DNA from: a virus
DNA: 64,000 nucleotides
Direction: 5' to 3' (one strand)
Virus record (IMG/VR): IMGVR_UViG_3300042691_037870
Coordinates: 62,448-126,447 of that record
Notes under the pieces: model-generated
Database searches by the model: none
Told to the model about the DNA's origin: nothing
The model's input: the letters and a program-made list of their open reading frames with translations, nothing else
Program-made: the position numbers and the translations under genes
Shown here: piece after piece, positions 39,718 to 48,611 of the stretch
How positions within the stretch are numbered: position 1 is the first letter of the stretch
Layout of the letters: the number at the start of each line of letters is the position of its first letter

Positions 39718-40773
39718 TTATCCTAGAATAGAATTAACCTCTTTTTCAGCATCCATTGATGTTTTAAAAATCTTATCACGAGCAGCGATTGCCATTGGAT
39801 CTTCTGCTTTTTGGAATTTACTGTCATTTCTCAATTCAGCCATTTTCTTTGCATAATTAACAGCAACAGCTTTCTTTAATTCTTTTGCGCTTTTAAAAGA
39901 AACTGTGTTTCCATCAAGAACGCCGTTACGTTCAAGAACTTCAGCAAGTGAAGCAATTCCTTGCGCAATACCTGCAAGACTAAGATTCTTAGAATCTATA
40001 CCTGCAATATCATTTTGTAAAAACGCAGGGTTTTGTGTATTATCTTTTAAAGAAACGAAAAAGTTAACAATGTCGGTAAACAGCGTTTTAAAGTTTAATG
40101 AAATGGCAATTTCTTCCACATCTTTTCTCATACGAAATGGTACAAGTGCTCCTGCTTGAAGTTTTGCTCTGGCACCACGGTCGCCCATTGATATTGAAAG
40201 AGCATCAGCAAGTGATGAATAAAGATTGCCTGAAACAAATCCTTTAATGTTATGTATAGGTGTAAATCTGTCAAGAGCCCAATCAACATATTTTGCATGT
40301 GTTACAACAAAGTCAACTTGGATGTACACGTTAGGTTGAACTTCAGCAATAAGAACCGCTCCGCTACCATCAGCACCTCGTGAATCTTTAAGATCAATCC
40401 CTTTATATTTAGTTTCATTAAAAAATCTAAACAATTCACGATTATAAAAACGAATAGCTTCTGTTTCAGTTTTTCGTTCATCCGTAGAATCACCGTACAC
40501 AGGATATTCTATAAGATAATCTATATCTCCGTATATCTTTTCAGGCTCATTTTTTAAATCTTCTTCATAATAGATACCTGAACCTACTGGTCGAATTCCT
40601 TTAAGTGGTAAAGTATTAGGATGGTTTTTTTTCATCCACTTTTCAAAATCAGCAAATAATTGCTTTACGTAATCATCAGCAATTTTTAAAATAGCAGGTG
40701 TGATTTTAATCCCTTGTGTTTTAACAGAAGACCACCCACCTTCATTAAGAACCCATTCTTTGTAAGATAACAT
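39718..40773 (-). CDS. Pol-beta-type nucleotidyltransferase with capsid-targeting-like N-terminus
   Basis: VGSG...GDIDYL...QVDF catalytic triad pattern; MLSYKEWVLNEG N-terminus; GATAAATA at 40791-40798. Confidence 0.7.
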   Translation of the reverse strand: MLSYKEWVLNEGGWSSVKTQGIKITPAILKIADDYVKQLFADFEKWMKKNHPNTLPLKGIRPVGSGIYYEEDLKNEPEKIYGDIDYLIEYPVYGDSTDERKTETEAIRFYNRELFRFFNETKYKGIDLKDSRGADGSGAVLIAEVQPNVYIQVDFVVTHAKYVDWALDRFTPIHNIKGFVSGNLYSSLADALSISMGDRGARAKLQAGALVPFRMRKDVEEIAISLNFKTLFTDIVNFFVSLKDNTQNPAFLQNDIAGIDSKNLSLAGIAQGIASLAEVLERNGVLDGNTVSFKSAKELKKAVAVNYAKKMAELRNDSKFQKAEDPMAIAARDKIFKTSMDAEKEVNSILG

Positions 40774-40789
40774 AACAGTTAGATTTTTG

Positions 40790-41476
40790 TTATTTATCTT
40801 TCATTTTTTCTGCGGGGTAATGACCGTCAGTTGGAGTAAAAGATTTGGTTTTCATTATTTCCAAAATTTCAGTATGACTATAAGGTCTAAACTGTGGGTG
40901 TGTATCTAACCCCACATCAAGAGATCTACCATTAGGACAATAACCGTCAACTTCTTCATTATTTGCAAGTGCCCATAAAACATCCATTTGGTTTTCTTCA
41001 AGCAATCTTTTAAGTAATGAAGCTGGTATTTGATGTTGTAATTTACCGTGACAGTGACCATGTAACATAAAACTACCGTGATGCCATTTATTCCAAGTTC
41101 TAAGTGGGTAATGACACAATACTATCTTTTGTCCATTTATGTTAATCTCACGATAAAAATCAACAGTTGTAAACATTTGTTGAAGTTCAACCATTTTGTG
41201 AATGTCAACATCATGATTGCCTAAAATTAGGTGAACGGTTTTACAACGAATACGATTACGAAATTCAATAATTTTTTCAGGGCCTTGGAATGCAACATCA
41301 CCAAGATGAAAAAGAACGTCATCGCGCTTTACGCAATCGTTAATATTTTTTATGACAGTTTCGTCATGTTCTTCTTTAGTTTTAAAATCTCGACAACCGC
41401 TTTTGTCTTCCCATCGAGATACTCCACTTACAATGTTTTTATGATTGTAGTGACTGTCAGATGTGTAATAAATCAT
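40790..41476 (-). CDS. Calcineurin-like metallophosphoesterase
   Basis: SDSH, LGD, GNHD, HYP and HGHCH motifs. Confidence 0.9.
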   Translation of the reverse strand: MIYYTSDSHYNHKNIVSGVSRWEDKSGCRDFKTKEEHDETVIKNINDCVKRDDVLFHLGDVAFQGPEKIIEFRNRIRCKTVHLILGNHDVDIHKMVELQQMFTTVDFYREININGQKIVLCHYPLRTWNKWHHGSFMLHGHCHGKLQHQIPASLLKRLLEENQMDVLWALANNEEVDGYCPNGRSLDVGLDTHPQFRPYSHTEILEIMKTKSFTPTDGHYPAEKMKDK

Positions 41477-41478
41477 TT

Positions 41479-42348
41479 TTAATCTAAGTTAATTTTTGAG
41501 ATCCAATATTCTAAACTGTGGGTAGGTTTCCAGCCAAGAATACTTTCTGTTTGTGTTTCTATTTTTGCGGAACTTAAACGTTCTCCGCGACGTTCTGGTA
41601 CTATTTCATAAGGATGTTGAAACATTTCAGCTACCTGTAAAATTGAATATTCCTTCCCAGATCTTAAATGCCATTCTCCGTTATATGAAACTTTACTTGC
41701 AGCTATAAGTCCGGAAACAATATCATTTATGTGAGTAAAGTCACGTGTTTGTGTTCCAGGATATACTACAGTAAGTGGAACACCTTCAGATTTTTGTCTT
41801 TCAAAAATTCCGATAACAGTTGCATAGTCTCCAGCTGTGATTTGGCCTGGTCCATATACATTAAAGAAATAGCAAATTTCATAATCAAGATCAAACCACT
41901 CTCCATAGTTTTTAATGAGCTCAACCATTTTTGCTTTTGCCCATGAATATGGAGAAAGATTTTCATCTTTGCCATTATTACCAAATTTTGATGAACTTGC
42001 TGAATAAATTAATTTAGCGCCCCATCTTCTGCAAAGTTCAAGAACTTTAGGTGTACCTCCAAGAATGGTTTGGTTTACATATGCAACATCATCAAAAGAT
42101 TTTACAATTCTTGAATATTCTCCAAAATGATAAACTAAATCAAATGTTCCTTTATCGTTAGAGAACGCGTATGTAATATCCCAAGTATCTCCAGTTAAGT
42201 ATTTTACGCCTTCTACGTGATTTTCTTTCTTACCTGTAAAATAATTATCGTATGATGTTATTTCTGCATCTGGATAGTCTATTCTTAATCTTTTAATTAG
42301 GTTTGAACCAACAAATCCAGCTCCACCCGTAACTAATATTTTCTTCAT
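41479..42348 (-). CDS. NAD-dependent sugar epimerase/dehydratase
   Basis: TGGAGFVGS, SSS, YSWAK (YxxxK), FNVYGP and RDFTH motifs. Confidence 0.9.
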   Translation of the reverse strand: MKKILVTGGAGFVGSNLIKRLRIDYPDAEITSYDNYFTGKKENHVEGVKYLTGDTWDITYAFSNDKGTFDLVYHFGEYSRIVKSFDDVAYVNQTILGGTPKVLELCRRWGAKLIYSASSSKFGNNGKDENLSPYSWAKAKMVELIKNYGEWFDLDYEICYFFNVYGPGQITAGDYATVIGIFERQKSEGVPLTVVYPGTQTRDFTHINDIVSGLIAASKVSYNGEWHLRSGKEYSILQVAEMFQHPYEIVPERRGERLSSAKIETQTESILGWKPTHSLEYWISKINLD

Positions 42349-42609
42349 TTACTTATTTTCAAAATTCCACCCATTGTTTAAATCATAATCTAACCAAGTG
42401 CATAGGTGAGTATCAACTATCATTGAGGAACTTGTCCATTCCCCACTTTTTTTTCTTTTAACAATTACGTGTATGTATTCAGGATCTTGCGGATCTTCAA
42501 TGTACTCACGAACGATAGGACTTCTTGGTTTAATCATTCTATGAATTACTCTTGCTGTTGCAAGATATGCCTGTTCGTCTTCTTGTGAATAGTTACCCCA
42601 TTTCGCCAT
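42349..42609 (-). CDS. Hypothetical protein
   Basis: 86 aa. Confidence 0.65.
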   Translation of the reverse strand: MAKWGNYSQEDEQAYLATARVIHRMIKPRSPIVREYIEDPQDPEYIHVIVKRKKSGEWTSSSMIVDTHLCTWLDYDLNNGWNFENK

Positions 42610-43033
42610 CGATCTTTCTTAAAAATTTTTGATATTGTGCAATTAGTTTTTCAAGATTTTCACGCCCTTTAGGATTTGCACTATGAACATAACATTCAGG
42701 AAACGGCATTTTAGTAGCTTCACAATGTGAAATTAACCAAAATAGACAATCCTCTCCTGTCTTATTAACAAAATGAGCATCATTTGGATTAGGCGGATTA
42801 TCGTGACCACCATTTTCAAAATACCATTTTGTGTGTTCTACATGCAAGTCATGGTCAAATGAAATCACAGATGGGAATTCTGAATGCTCCCAATTATATC
42901 TGATGATTCTGGTAAATTCATCAAAACTTGAAACCATTATCCAATCTTTACACTCATAAAGATGAGCCAATTCAGGAAACTTTTTTGCGCTGTCAGCGGG
43001 CTTACGATGATCGTCTAAATAAAGTTTATACAT
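42593..43033 (-). CDS. Cyclic-phosphate-processing receiver domain protein (second paralog)
   Basis: LYLDDHR, ISFDHDL, KTG and HSANPKG motifs; start moved to MYKLY (43033), downstream of the promoter. Confidence 0.8.
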   Translation of the reverse strand: MYKLYLDDHRKPADSAKKFPELAHLYECKDWIMVSSFDEFTRIIRYNWEHSEFPSVISFDHDLHVEHTKWYFENGGHDNPPNPNDAHFVNKTGEDCLFWLISHCEATKMPFPECYVHSANPKGRENLEKLIAQYQKFLRKIDGEMG

Positions 43034-43056
43034 ATCTTCTCCTTTATTATTATATG

Positions 43057-43111
43057 TAAATATAAACAAAAAGTTCTGAAGATAAGTATCCCAGAACTAA
43101 AAGTTATTAAC
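43057..43111 (-). promoter_or_regulatory. Class I promoter with embedded terminator hairpin
   Basis: GTTAATAAC box, TATATTTA, AGTTCTG/CAGAACT hairpin. Confidence 0.75.
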
Positions 43112-43118
43112 AATTTAA

Positions 43119-44057
43119 CTACTTGGTAACACTCCACTCAGGATTATCTTTTAAAGTTTCTTTAATATCATTATTGCGATACTCATTTAAAAGATCAATT
43201 GTTTCATCTGTTAATTTTTCTTTAAACCAATCTTCATATATTTTACGATACACAAGAGCCATAACACCAAAAATTGGTCCAGGTTCTGTGTTCATCTCAA
43301 ATACATAAAGTTTCCCATCTTTGGATTCTGCTACATCAACAGCATAAAAATCTAATCCTTTATGAGCATCAGAAAAATAACTACAAAGTTTAATTATGTT
43401 TTCTGCAGGTTTACCGTGTGTAAGAATGTAAGCAAAGTTTGTTTCTTCATTAGCTTTCTTTTTTGAAATATCTTTAGTGGATTCATCAAGAGGTTCTCGT
43501 TTACACCACTGAAGTATTTCTCCTCTCCATACAAAAAATCTATGTTCACTCTTAATGTCAATCTTTTCAGAAAACAAGGAAAACTTACTCAAATCAGCTT
43601 CATCAAGTTCTTTCTTATCTTTAAAAACTTGAATACCTAAACCGCTATGACGATTGTCAGGCTTAGCAACAATAGGAAAATTAAGTTTGCTAATTTCTTT
43701 AGGATTAGATACCGAAGGCACCATGTAATTGCTGTCTTTGTGTTTTTCGGTAAATGCTGATTTTGAAGAAACATTTTCACGAGCGTCCGGCTTATTATAA
43801 ACTTGCTTTAAATCAATTTCACCGCTTTTAATTAATTGCTCAAGCGCTGTTACATCATAATTAAGAACAGGAAATTCGTGAGAAATGTTTTTTGTTTTTC
43901 TTGTGATTATTTTCCAATAATCTTTTGCTTTAAACTCGGAACCCGTGATATGCGAATCTTCAAGCTTTTCTGCTCGAGTAATCATCACTTTTTTTAGTTG
44001 TGATTTTGTAGATTCATTTAAAAAATCCTGAAAAGGAAGTAGGTTCTTGGTAAACAT
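43119..44057 (-). CDS. ATP-grasp ligase (RimK-like) with capsid-targeting-like N-terminus
   Basis: FPIVAKP...SGLGI, EHR and YAVDV...YVFEMNTEPG motifs; N-terminus LLPFQDFLNES. Confidence 0.8.
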   Translation of the reverse strand: MFTKNLLPFQDFLNESTKSQLKKVMITRAEKLEDSHITGSEFKAKDYWKIITRKTKNISHEFPVLNYDVTALEQLIKSGEIDLKQVYNKPDARENVSSKSAFTEKHKDSNYMVPSVSNPKEISKLNFPIVAKPDNRHSGLGIQVFKDKKELDEADLSKFSLFSEKIDIKSEHRFFVWRGEILQWCKREPLDESTKDISKKKANEETNFAYILTHGKPAENIIKLCSYFSDAHKGLDFYAVDVAESKDGKLYVFEMNTEPGPIFGVMALVYRKIYEDWFKEKLTDETIDLLNEYRNNDIKETLKDNPEWSVTK

Positions 44058-44073
44058 TGATGTGTTTATGTTT

Positions 44074-44508
44074 TTATACAGTTTCTGCTGAACTCATATA
44101 TGAAATAACATTCTTAGGATTTTCAAGTTTATTCATACATGTGCTAATCATTCCTTCGTAATCAGTTGGCACAGAGTAATCAGAGATTAAAGAAGATTTT
44201 CTGTAAACTGGGATAATGCTTGCAGTGTTTTCCATTGGAGAAATTTCCACAATTTTAAATACTGATAGTGCTAATCCGTGTTTATCTTCAAAAACCTTTG
44301 CAATATGATCTCCTGGTACGATTGGAACCAGCGCTTGTTTTTCTTTTTCTTTATTTAAGAAAACTGCAGGTTTTGATTCACCTTCATTTCCTAATATAGC
44401 GGTAGCTCTTCTAAGATCCGCGAATTTCATTGTGCTTTCCCATAGACAAGGTACTCCTGATCTTGTTCTTGCAATTTTAATTTTCTTCTCTTTAATTTCG
44501 GTTTCCAT
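44074..44508 (-). CDS. Hypothetical protein
   Basis: 144 aa, last gene of the modification operon. Confidence 0.7.
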   Translation of the reverse strand: METEIKEKKIKIARTRSGVPCLWESTMKFADLRRATAILGNEGESKPAVFLNKEKEKQALVPIVPGDHIAKVFEDKHGLALSVFKIVEISPMENTASIIPVYRKSSLISDYSVPTDYEGMISTCMNKLENPKNVISYMSSAETV

Positions 44509-44510
44509 AG

Positions 44511-45362
44511 TTATTGAATAAAAAAGTATTTGGTTAATATTTGTTTTGAAATTTCTTGTGTTATTTTTTCACCAGATTCTACTAAAGAATCTACATCGGA
44601 AATAAATTGTTTGCCTGCTGATGTTAATTCCATTTCATTATTACTTAATGTAAATAGAGGTTCACGAAGCAAAAACATAATTGGCTCTTTAACTTTTTCT
44701 TTTACGATCTGATCCGCTAATTCAAAATGTCTTTCATAAAAATGAATGTTATCAGCACAATGATAATAAGTACCAAGTTCCAATTCAGTATATTTATCTC
44801 TAAGCAATTTCCACATAGTTTGCTGTACAAATGCAAAGAAAGGAGCGTCATAAGATAACCCATAAAAAATATCGTTAGATCTCATTTGTACTTTCATATT
44901 AAGTTTATCATTCTTAATCCAAAAGTTAAGATATATTGTACAAACGAAATCTTTATTACCTTTATACTGAACTGAAGGTCTACTTACAAAAGCGATTGCT
45001 TGCCTAGTATTCTTATCATTCAGTAATGAATCAAGCGCCCATTGTAATTGCTCACCAAATAACATAAATCCATAGTTAGAATTGATTTCATTATTTTCAT
45101 CAGCAATATTTTTCCAAAAAGATGAAAAATGATTAATGTAGTCAATGTTTCTGTCTCGCTTTAAATACCAAGACATTTCACCAAGAAAATATTTAAAGTT
45201 AAAAGGTCTAACCTCAAAGTCAGGAATTGCAAACAGTGGATTAATCGTTAATCTTTCCATTTCCAATTCTTTAACCTTTAATCCTCTGGGTGCAGAAACT
45301 GAGCCTTGTGTTTCAATCTTATTAATTAATTTGTGGTATTCTGTATTAAGATTATTATTCAT
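44511..45362 (-). CDS. dCMP hydroxymethylase-like thymidylate synthase homolog (T4 gp42-like)
   Basis: TRQA, DFVCT (catalytic Cys) and MRSNDIFYGLSYD, with Asp at the position that is Asn in dUMP-specific ThyA. Confidence 0.8.
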   Translation of the reverse strand: MNNNLNTEYHKLINKIETQGSVSAPRGLKVKELEMERLTINPLFAIPDFEVRPFNFKYFLGEMSWYLKRDRNIDYINHFSSFWKNIADENNEINSNYGFMLFGEQLQWALDSLLNDKNTRQAIAFVSRPSVQYKGNKDFVCTIYLNFWIKNDKLNMKVQMRSNDIFYGLSYDAPFFAFVQQTMWKLLRDKYTELELGTYYHCADNIHFYERHFELADQIVKEKVKEPIMFLLREPLFTLSNNEMELTSAGKQFISDVDSLVESGEKITQEISKQILTKYFFIQ

Positions 45363-45918
45363 TTAGTAGTTGTTTTACTTGATTAATGATACTTTCTTTA
45401 GACACATACGAATCACCTTCATTTACTTTAATTGCGAGTTTATGTATAATTTTTGAATCTTTAAAAGCTTTCATAAAAACTTCTAATTCAGCTCGCTTAT
45501 CATCAAGTTTTGCAGAGTATGATTCTCCGTCATCTTTCTTTACAATAAATTCAGGATCTGCATAAAGATAAACAAGATACACATCAGGATCTTTATGAAA
45601 TTCATATTCTTCTTCAAGTTGCATAACCCAATTTTCAGGGTTTGAGTTACGATACAGGGAACCGTAAACCAACTCTCCAAGGTGTGCACGATTCCATATC
45701 ATAAGATTATTTTGTTGATAACGACGGGACTTTGTTACACGGTAATTTTCAAATTCCCAATTAAACGAATCTTTTTGATATGTGGTTTTATCTTCATTAG
45801 TGCTTCCTTTGGGAAATGACCAATGTCTTTTAATTATGTTAGGATATTCAGCAGAAATAGCATTGATTAAAGAATCTTTACCACAACGATCTTGTCCTTC
45901 TATTATAAGTAATTTCAT
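45355..45918 (-). CDS. dNMP (thymidylate-like) kinase
   Basis: IIEGQDRCGKDS P-loop and NR.HLGELVYG..YR motif. Confidence 0.85.
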   Translation of the reverse strand: MKLLIIEGQDRCGKDSLINAISAEYPNIIKRHWSFPKGSTNEDKTTYQKDSFNWEFENYRVTKSRRYQQNNLMIWNRAHLGELVYGSLYRNSNPENWVMQLEEEYEFHKDPDVYLVYLYADPEFIVKKDDGESYSAKLDDKRAELEVFMKAFKDSKIIHKLAIKVNEGDSYVSKESIINQVKQLLNE

Positions 45919-45923
45919 ATAAA

Positions 45924-45949
45924 TTATATCATAAAAAGTTAATAAAGTT
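45924..45949 (-). promoter_or_regulatory. Class II promoter
   Basis: AACT-N17-TATAA. Confidence 0.6.
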
Positions 45950-45952
45950 TCA

Positions 45953-47167
45953 TTAAAATAAAACTTTTGATCGCATTTTATTTTCAGCGTAATCGACTTT
46001 TTGTGTTACATTATTCTGTTTTACAAAGTCACCACCAAATTCAGTAATTTCACCTTTAATAAAACGTATAACTTCAGTAGTCCAATCACTTGCGGTTTTT
46101 ACAGGAACATTTTGGCAAATGTGATTCCAATGACCACCTTGTAAATCAAAATCATGAGGTAATCCCATTAAGTGCATTGCTTCACGAACAGTTATACCTC
46201 TTTCACCATTAGGGTGTACAATCCCAGAGTTCTTAGCAATAATTGCATTTGTTGCTTCATTAAAAAGTAAAGGACTTGCATCCCATACACCTTTACCATC
46301 TTTAGCTTTTGCTTCTGCTCTTTCACATAATCTCCAAACATCACGTTTTTCGTTTTCTTTACCCCATATAATAGCATCATTTATCCAGCCTTCACGCCAA
46401 ATTAATTGTAAAACTGTCATTGCTGGAGATGCAATAGCATCTTTAATATCGTAGTTTTTATGTTTTAAGAACTGAATCCATTGATTATCTTCCAATGCGC
46501 CTAAACCAAACCCTTTATCCATTAAAGTACAACCTTCAGGTATTTCTTCAAGATAATCTTTTAGTAAAGGTGCTTCGCGTTTATGATAACCTAAAATAGG
46601 AGCTTCACTGTCTTTCCAGAAAAAGTAAAAAGAACGGTGTCTGTGTTGTGGGATACCGTGAACGAATGTATCAGTTTTAATTAAAGACAATGAATAACCA
46701 TTTCTTTTACCAATTTCTTTCAATCTTTCAACCACTCCAGCACCCATAGAAGTATAAAGTCCTGGTGCATTTTCGCCCCAGAATACTTTAGGTTTAACAT
46801 GTTCTAAAACCAATTCAGCTGATTTGTACATCCATTCATTTTGAGCAGCATCAGAACCTCTTGCTTTTTCGCTTGATCCGTTATTTGAATTAAGCATTGA
46901 AAGACCTGCACAAGGACAAACAGCAGATACAAAATCCACATCTTCAAAAAGAGCTTTTTGATCTTCGGGTAATACGTTTTCTTCGCCTTCAATTACAATG
47001 TATGGTGTTTTCTTAAAATAGTTTGTAGCGTGAGAATCATTTCCTGCGAATGGCGGATATGATAAAAAGAATGCAGGATCATGTCCTACTATTTTTGAGT
47101 TAGCCACTGTCATCCCACCTATAAGAGGTACGATTGATCCAAATTTAATTTTGTTTTTCTTTGCCAT
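45953..47167 (-). CDS. DNA cytosine-C5 methyltransferase-like protein with atypical motif I
   Basis: PCAGLS (IV), GENAP (VI), PQHRHR (VIII), R.ITVREAMHLMGLP (IX) and QNVP (X); motif I reads PLIGG rather than FxGxG. Confidence 0.8.
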   Translation of the reverse strand: MAKKNKIKFGSIVPLIGGMTVANSKIVGHDPAFFLSYPPFAGNDSHATNYFKKTPYIVIEGEENVLPEDQKALFEDVDFVSAVCPCAGLSMLNSNNGSSEKARGSDAAQNEWMYKSAELVLEHVKPKVFWGENAPGLYTSMGAGVVERLKEIGKRNGYSLSLIKTDTFVHGIPQHRHRSFYFFWKDSEAPILGYHKREAPLLKDYLEEIPEGCTLMDKGFGLGALEDNQWIQFLKHKNYDIKDAIASPAMTVLQLIWREGWINDAIIWGKENEKRDVWRLCERAEAKAKDGKGVWDASPLLFNEATNAIIAKNSGIVHPNGERGITVREAMHLMGLPHDFDLQGGHWNHICQNVPVKTASDWTTEVIRFIKGEITEFGGDFVKQNNVTQKVDYAENKMRSKVLF

Positions 47168-47169
47168 TT

Positions 47170-48564
47170 TTAAAATAATGATTTTGCTTGTAGTTCGGGT
47201 TTTTTTGGTGTTTTGCCTGAAAGATCTGCTAAGTCAGGTACTCGTGCAATTTCTTCACTAAACCCTTTTATCATTCTAACATTTATGCCTGCTCGCTCTA
47301 AGAATGGGTTAATTACATCACATAAGAATTCACCTTTGCGAACACCAAGTAAGAACTTTAATTGTAATTCTTTTACAAGTTTAATTCTTAATTGAGGGTT
47401 TGCCTCCATTTCTTCAATTTTAGCAAACATTTCTTGTGGAGTTTTTACTCTTAAGTAGTGATCTTTTGGTAATGTAGAAAATTGAGTATCATAATCAGGA
47501 TGAAAGAAAGGAACTACTCCGATCTTTAACATTTCTGCGTATTTACTTGTTACCCAATCAGGGCGAATAGGAATAATTAATGTATAGCGTGTATCTTTAA
47601 ATGTAGCATCAATTACGTCAGGTGTTTTATACCCTTGAAATTGTGTATAACCTTTAGTGAATCTTTCATCCCACTTACCATAAATTTTAAAGTTATCGCT
47701 GCCTGGTTGTGATAAGATCCATTTTTTAAGAGCTTCTAAACGGTAATCAACTTCAGCTTTTCCATAAGCTGATTGCATTGCTACGATTGCAAACTTAGTA
47801 TTACGTTCAGTATCAGGTGGGATGATAGTTTCACCTATCATATTTAATCTTTCAATACCAGAGTATGTAAGTTTAAGTGTTTCACTGATTTCTTTACCCT
47901 TTGAAGGTTCTGGGTAAGTATCATAATGTATAAACTCAATTGTGTCATTATATTGAGCAATACATTCACGAGGTCCATTTACAAGATCTCTCCATTTTTG
48001 TTTTTTCTTGATGTAACGTGGGTCTGTCATTACCATAAAGTATGGCAGTTTTGACATATTTAAGTAGTGAACCATTGGAGCGCTGTAGATTTGTGTCATA
48101 TCCAATGCGCCTGTCATTCTACTTGGATCTTTAATACTTGGAACAATTCCAGGTATGTTAACTAAGGTTAAACCTTGTGAAGCAAAACAGATACCAAAGT
48201 CAGGTTGTTCTAAGTGTTGAATTTTATCCCACAAATCTTTGTATCTACCTTGCTCTTCTGGAGTATGAGGTAATAGTTCGCCGTCTTCACCAGCACGACG
48301 CCCAGGCGGTACTTGTACATTAAATTCAGTATAGATATCTCTTAAAACTCCTCGAGGATCAAAAGCAACTTTTTCATCAAAGGTTAACTTTTTCCAATCA
48401 CTTCTTTGCATAATCCAAACTTCTGAGATATTTGGATTTCTTACTAAACCGTAAAAAAGTTTGTAATATTCCGAAGTACCATCGGAACGTTTTACATTTT
48501 CTTTACGAAATTTCATTGCAGATCCTAAAGGTGAAACTGCGATTTTTAAATTTTCAGTTTTCAT
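47170..48564 (-). CDS. T4 beta-glucosyltransferase-like (GT-B) DNA glycosyltransferase
   Basis: IYGKW...F.G...WVTSKYAEML..GVVPFFHPDYD aligns by eye with the BGT C-terminal donor-binding segment. Confidence 0.65.
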   Translation of the reverse strand: MKTENLKIAVSPLGSAMKFRKENVKRSDGTSEYYKLFYGLVRNPNISEVWIMQRSDWKKLTFDEKVAFDPRGVLRDIYTEFNVQVPPGRRAGEDGELLPHTPEEQGRYKDLWDKIQHLEQPDFGICFASQGLTLVNIPGIVPSIKDPSRMTGALDMTQIYSAPMVHYLNMSKLPYFMVMTDPRYIKKKQKWRDLVNGPRECIAQYNDTIEFIHYDTYPEPSKGKEISETLKLTYSGIERLNMIGETIIPPDTERNTKFAIVAMQSAYGKAEVDYRLEALKKWILSQPGSDNFKIYGKWDERFTKGYTQFQGYKTPDVIDATFKDTRYTLIIPIRPDWVTSKYAEMLKIGVVPFFHPDYDTQFSTLPKDHYLRVKTPQEMFAKIEEMEANPQLRIKLVKELQLKFLLGVRKGEFLCDVINPFLERAGINVRMIKGFSEEIARVPDLADLSGKTPKKPELQAKSLF

Positions 48565-48611
48565 TATTAACTTTTATTATTTATTTTCTATACATTTTTG
48601 TGAAAAAAGTT

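Noticed and set aside
44511-45362. Ordinary thymidylate synthase thyA
   Set aside because: The specificity residue is Asp, and DFVCT matches dCMP-modifying gp42-type enzymes
45953-47167. Restriction-modification system
   Set aside because: No adjacent endonuclease; the context is a base-modification operon
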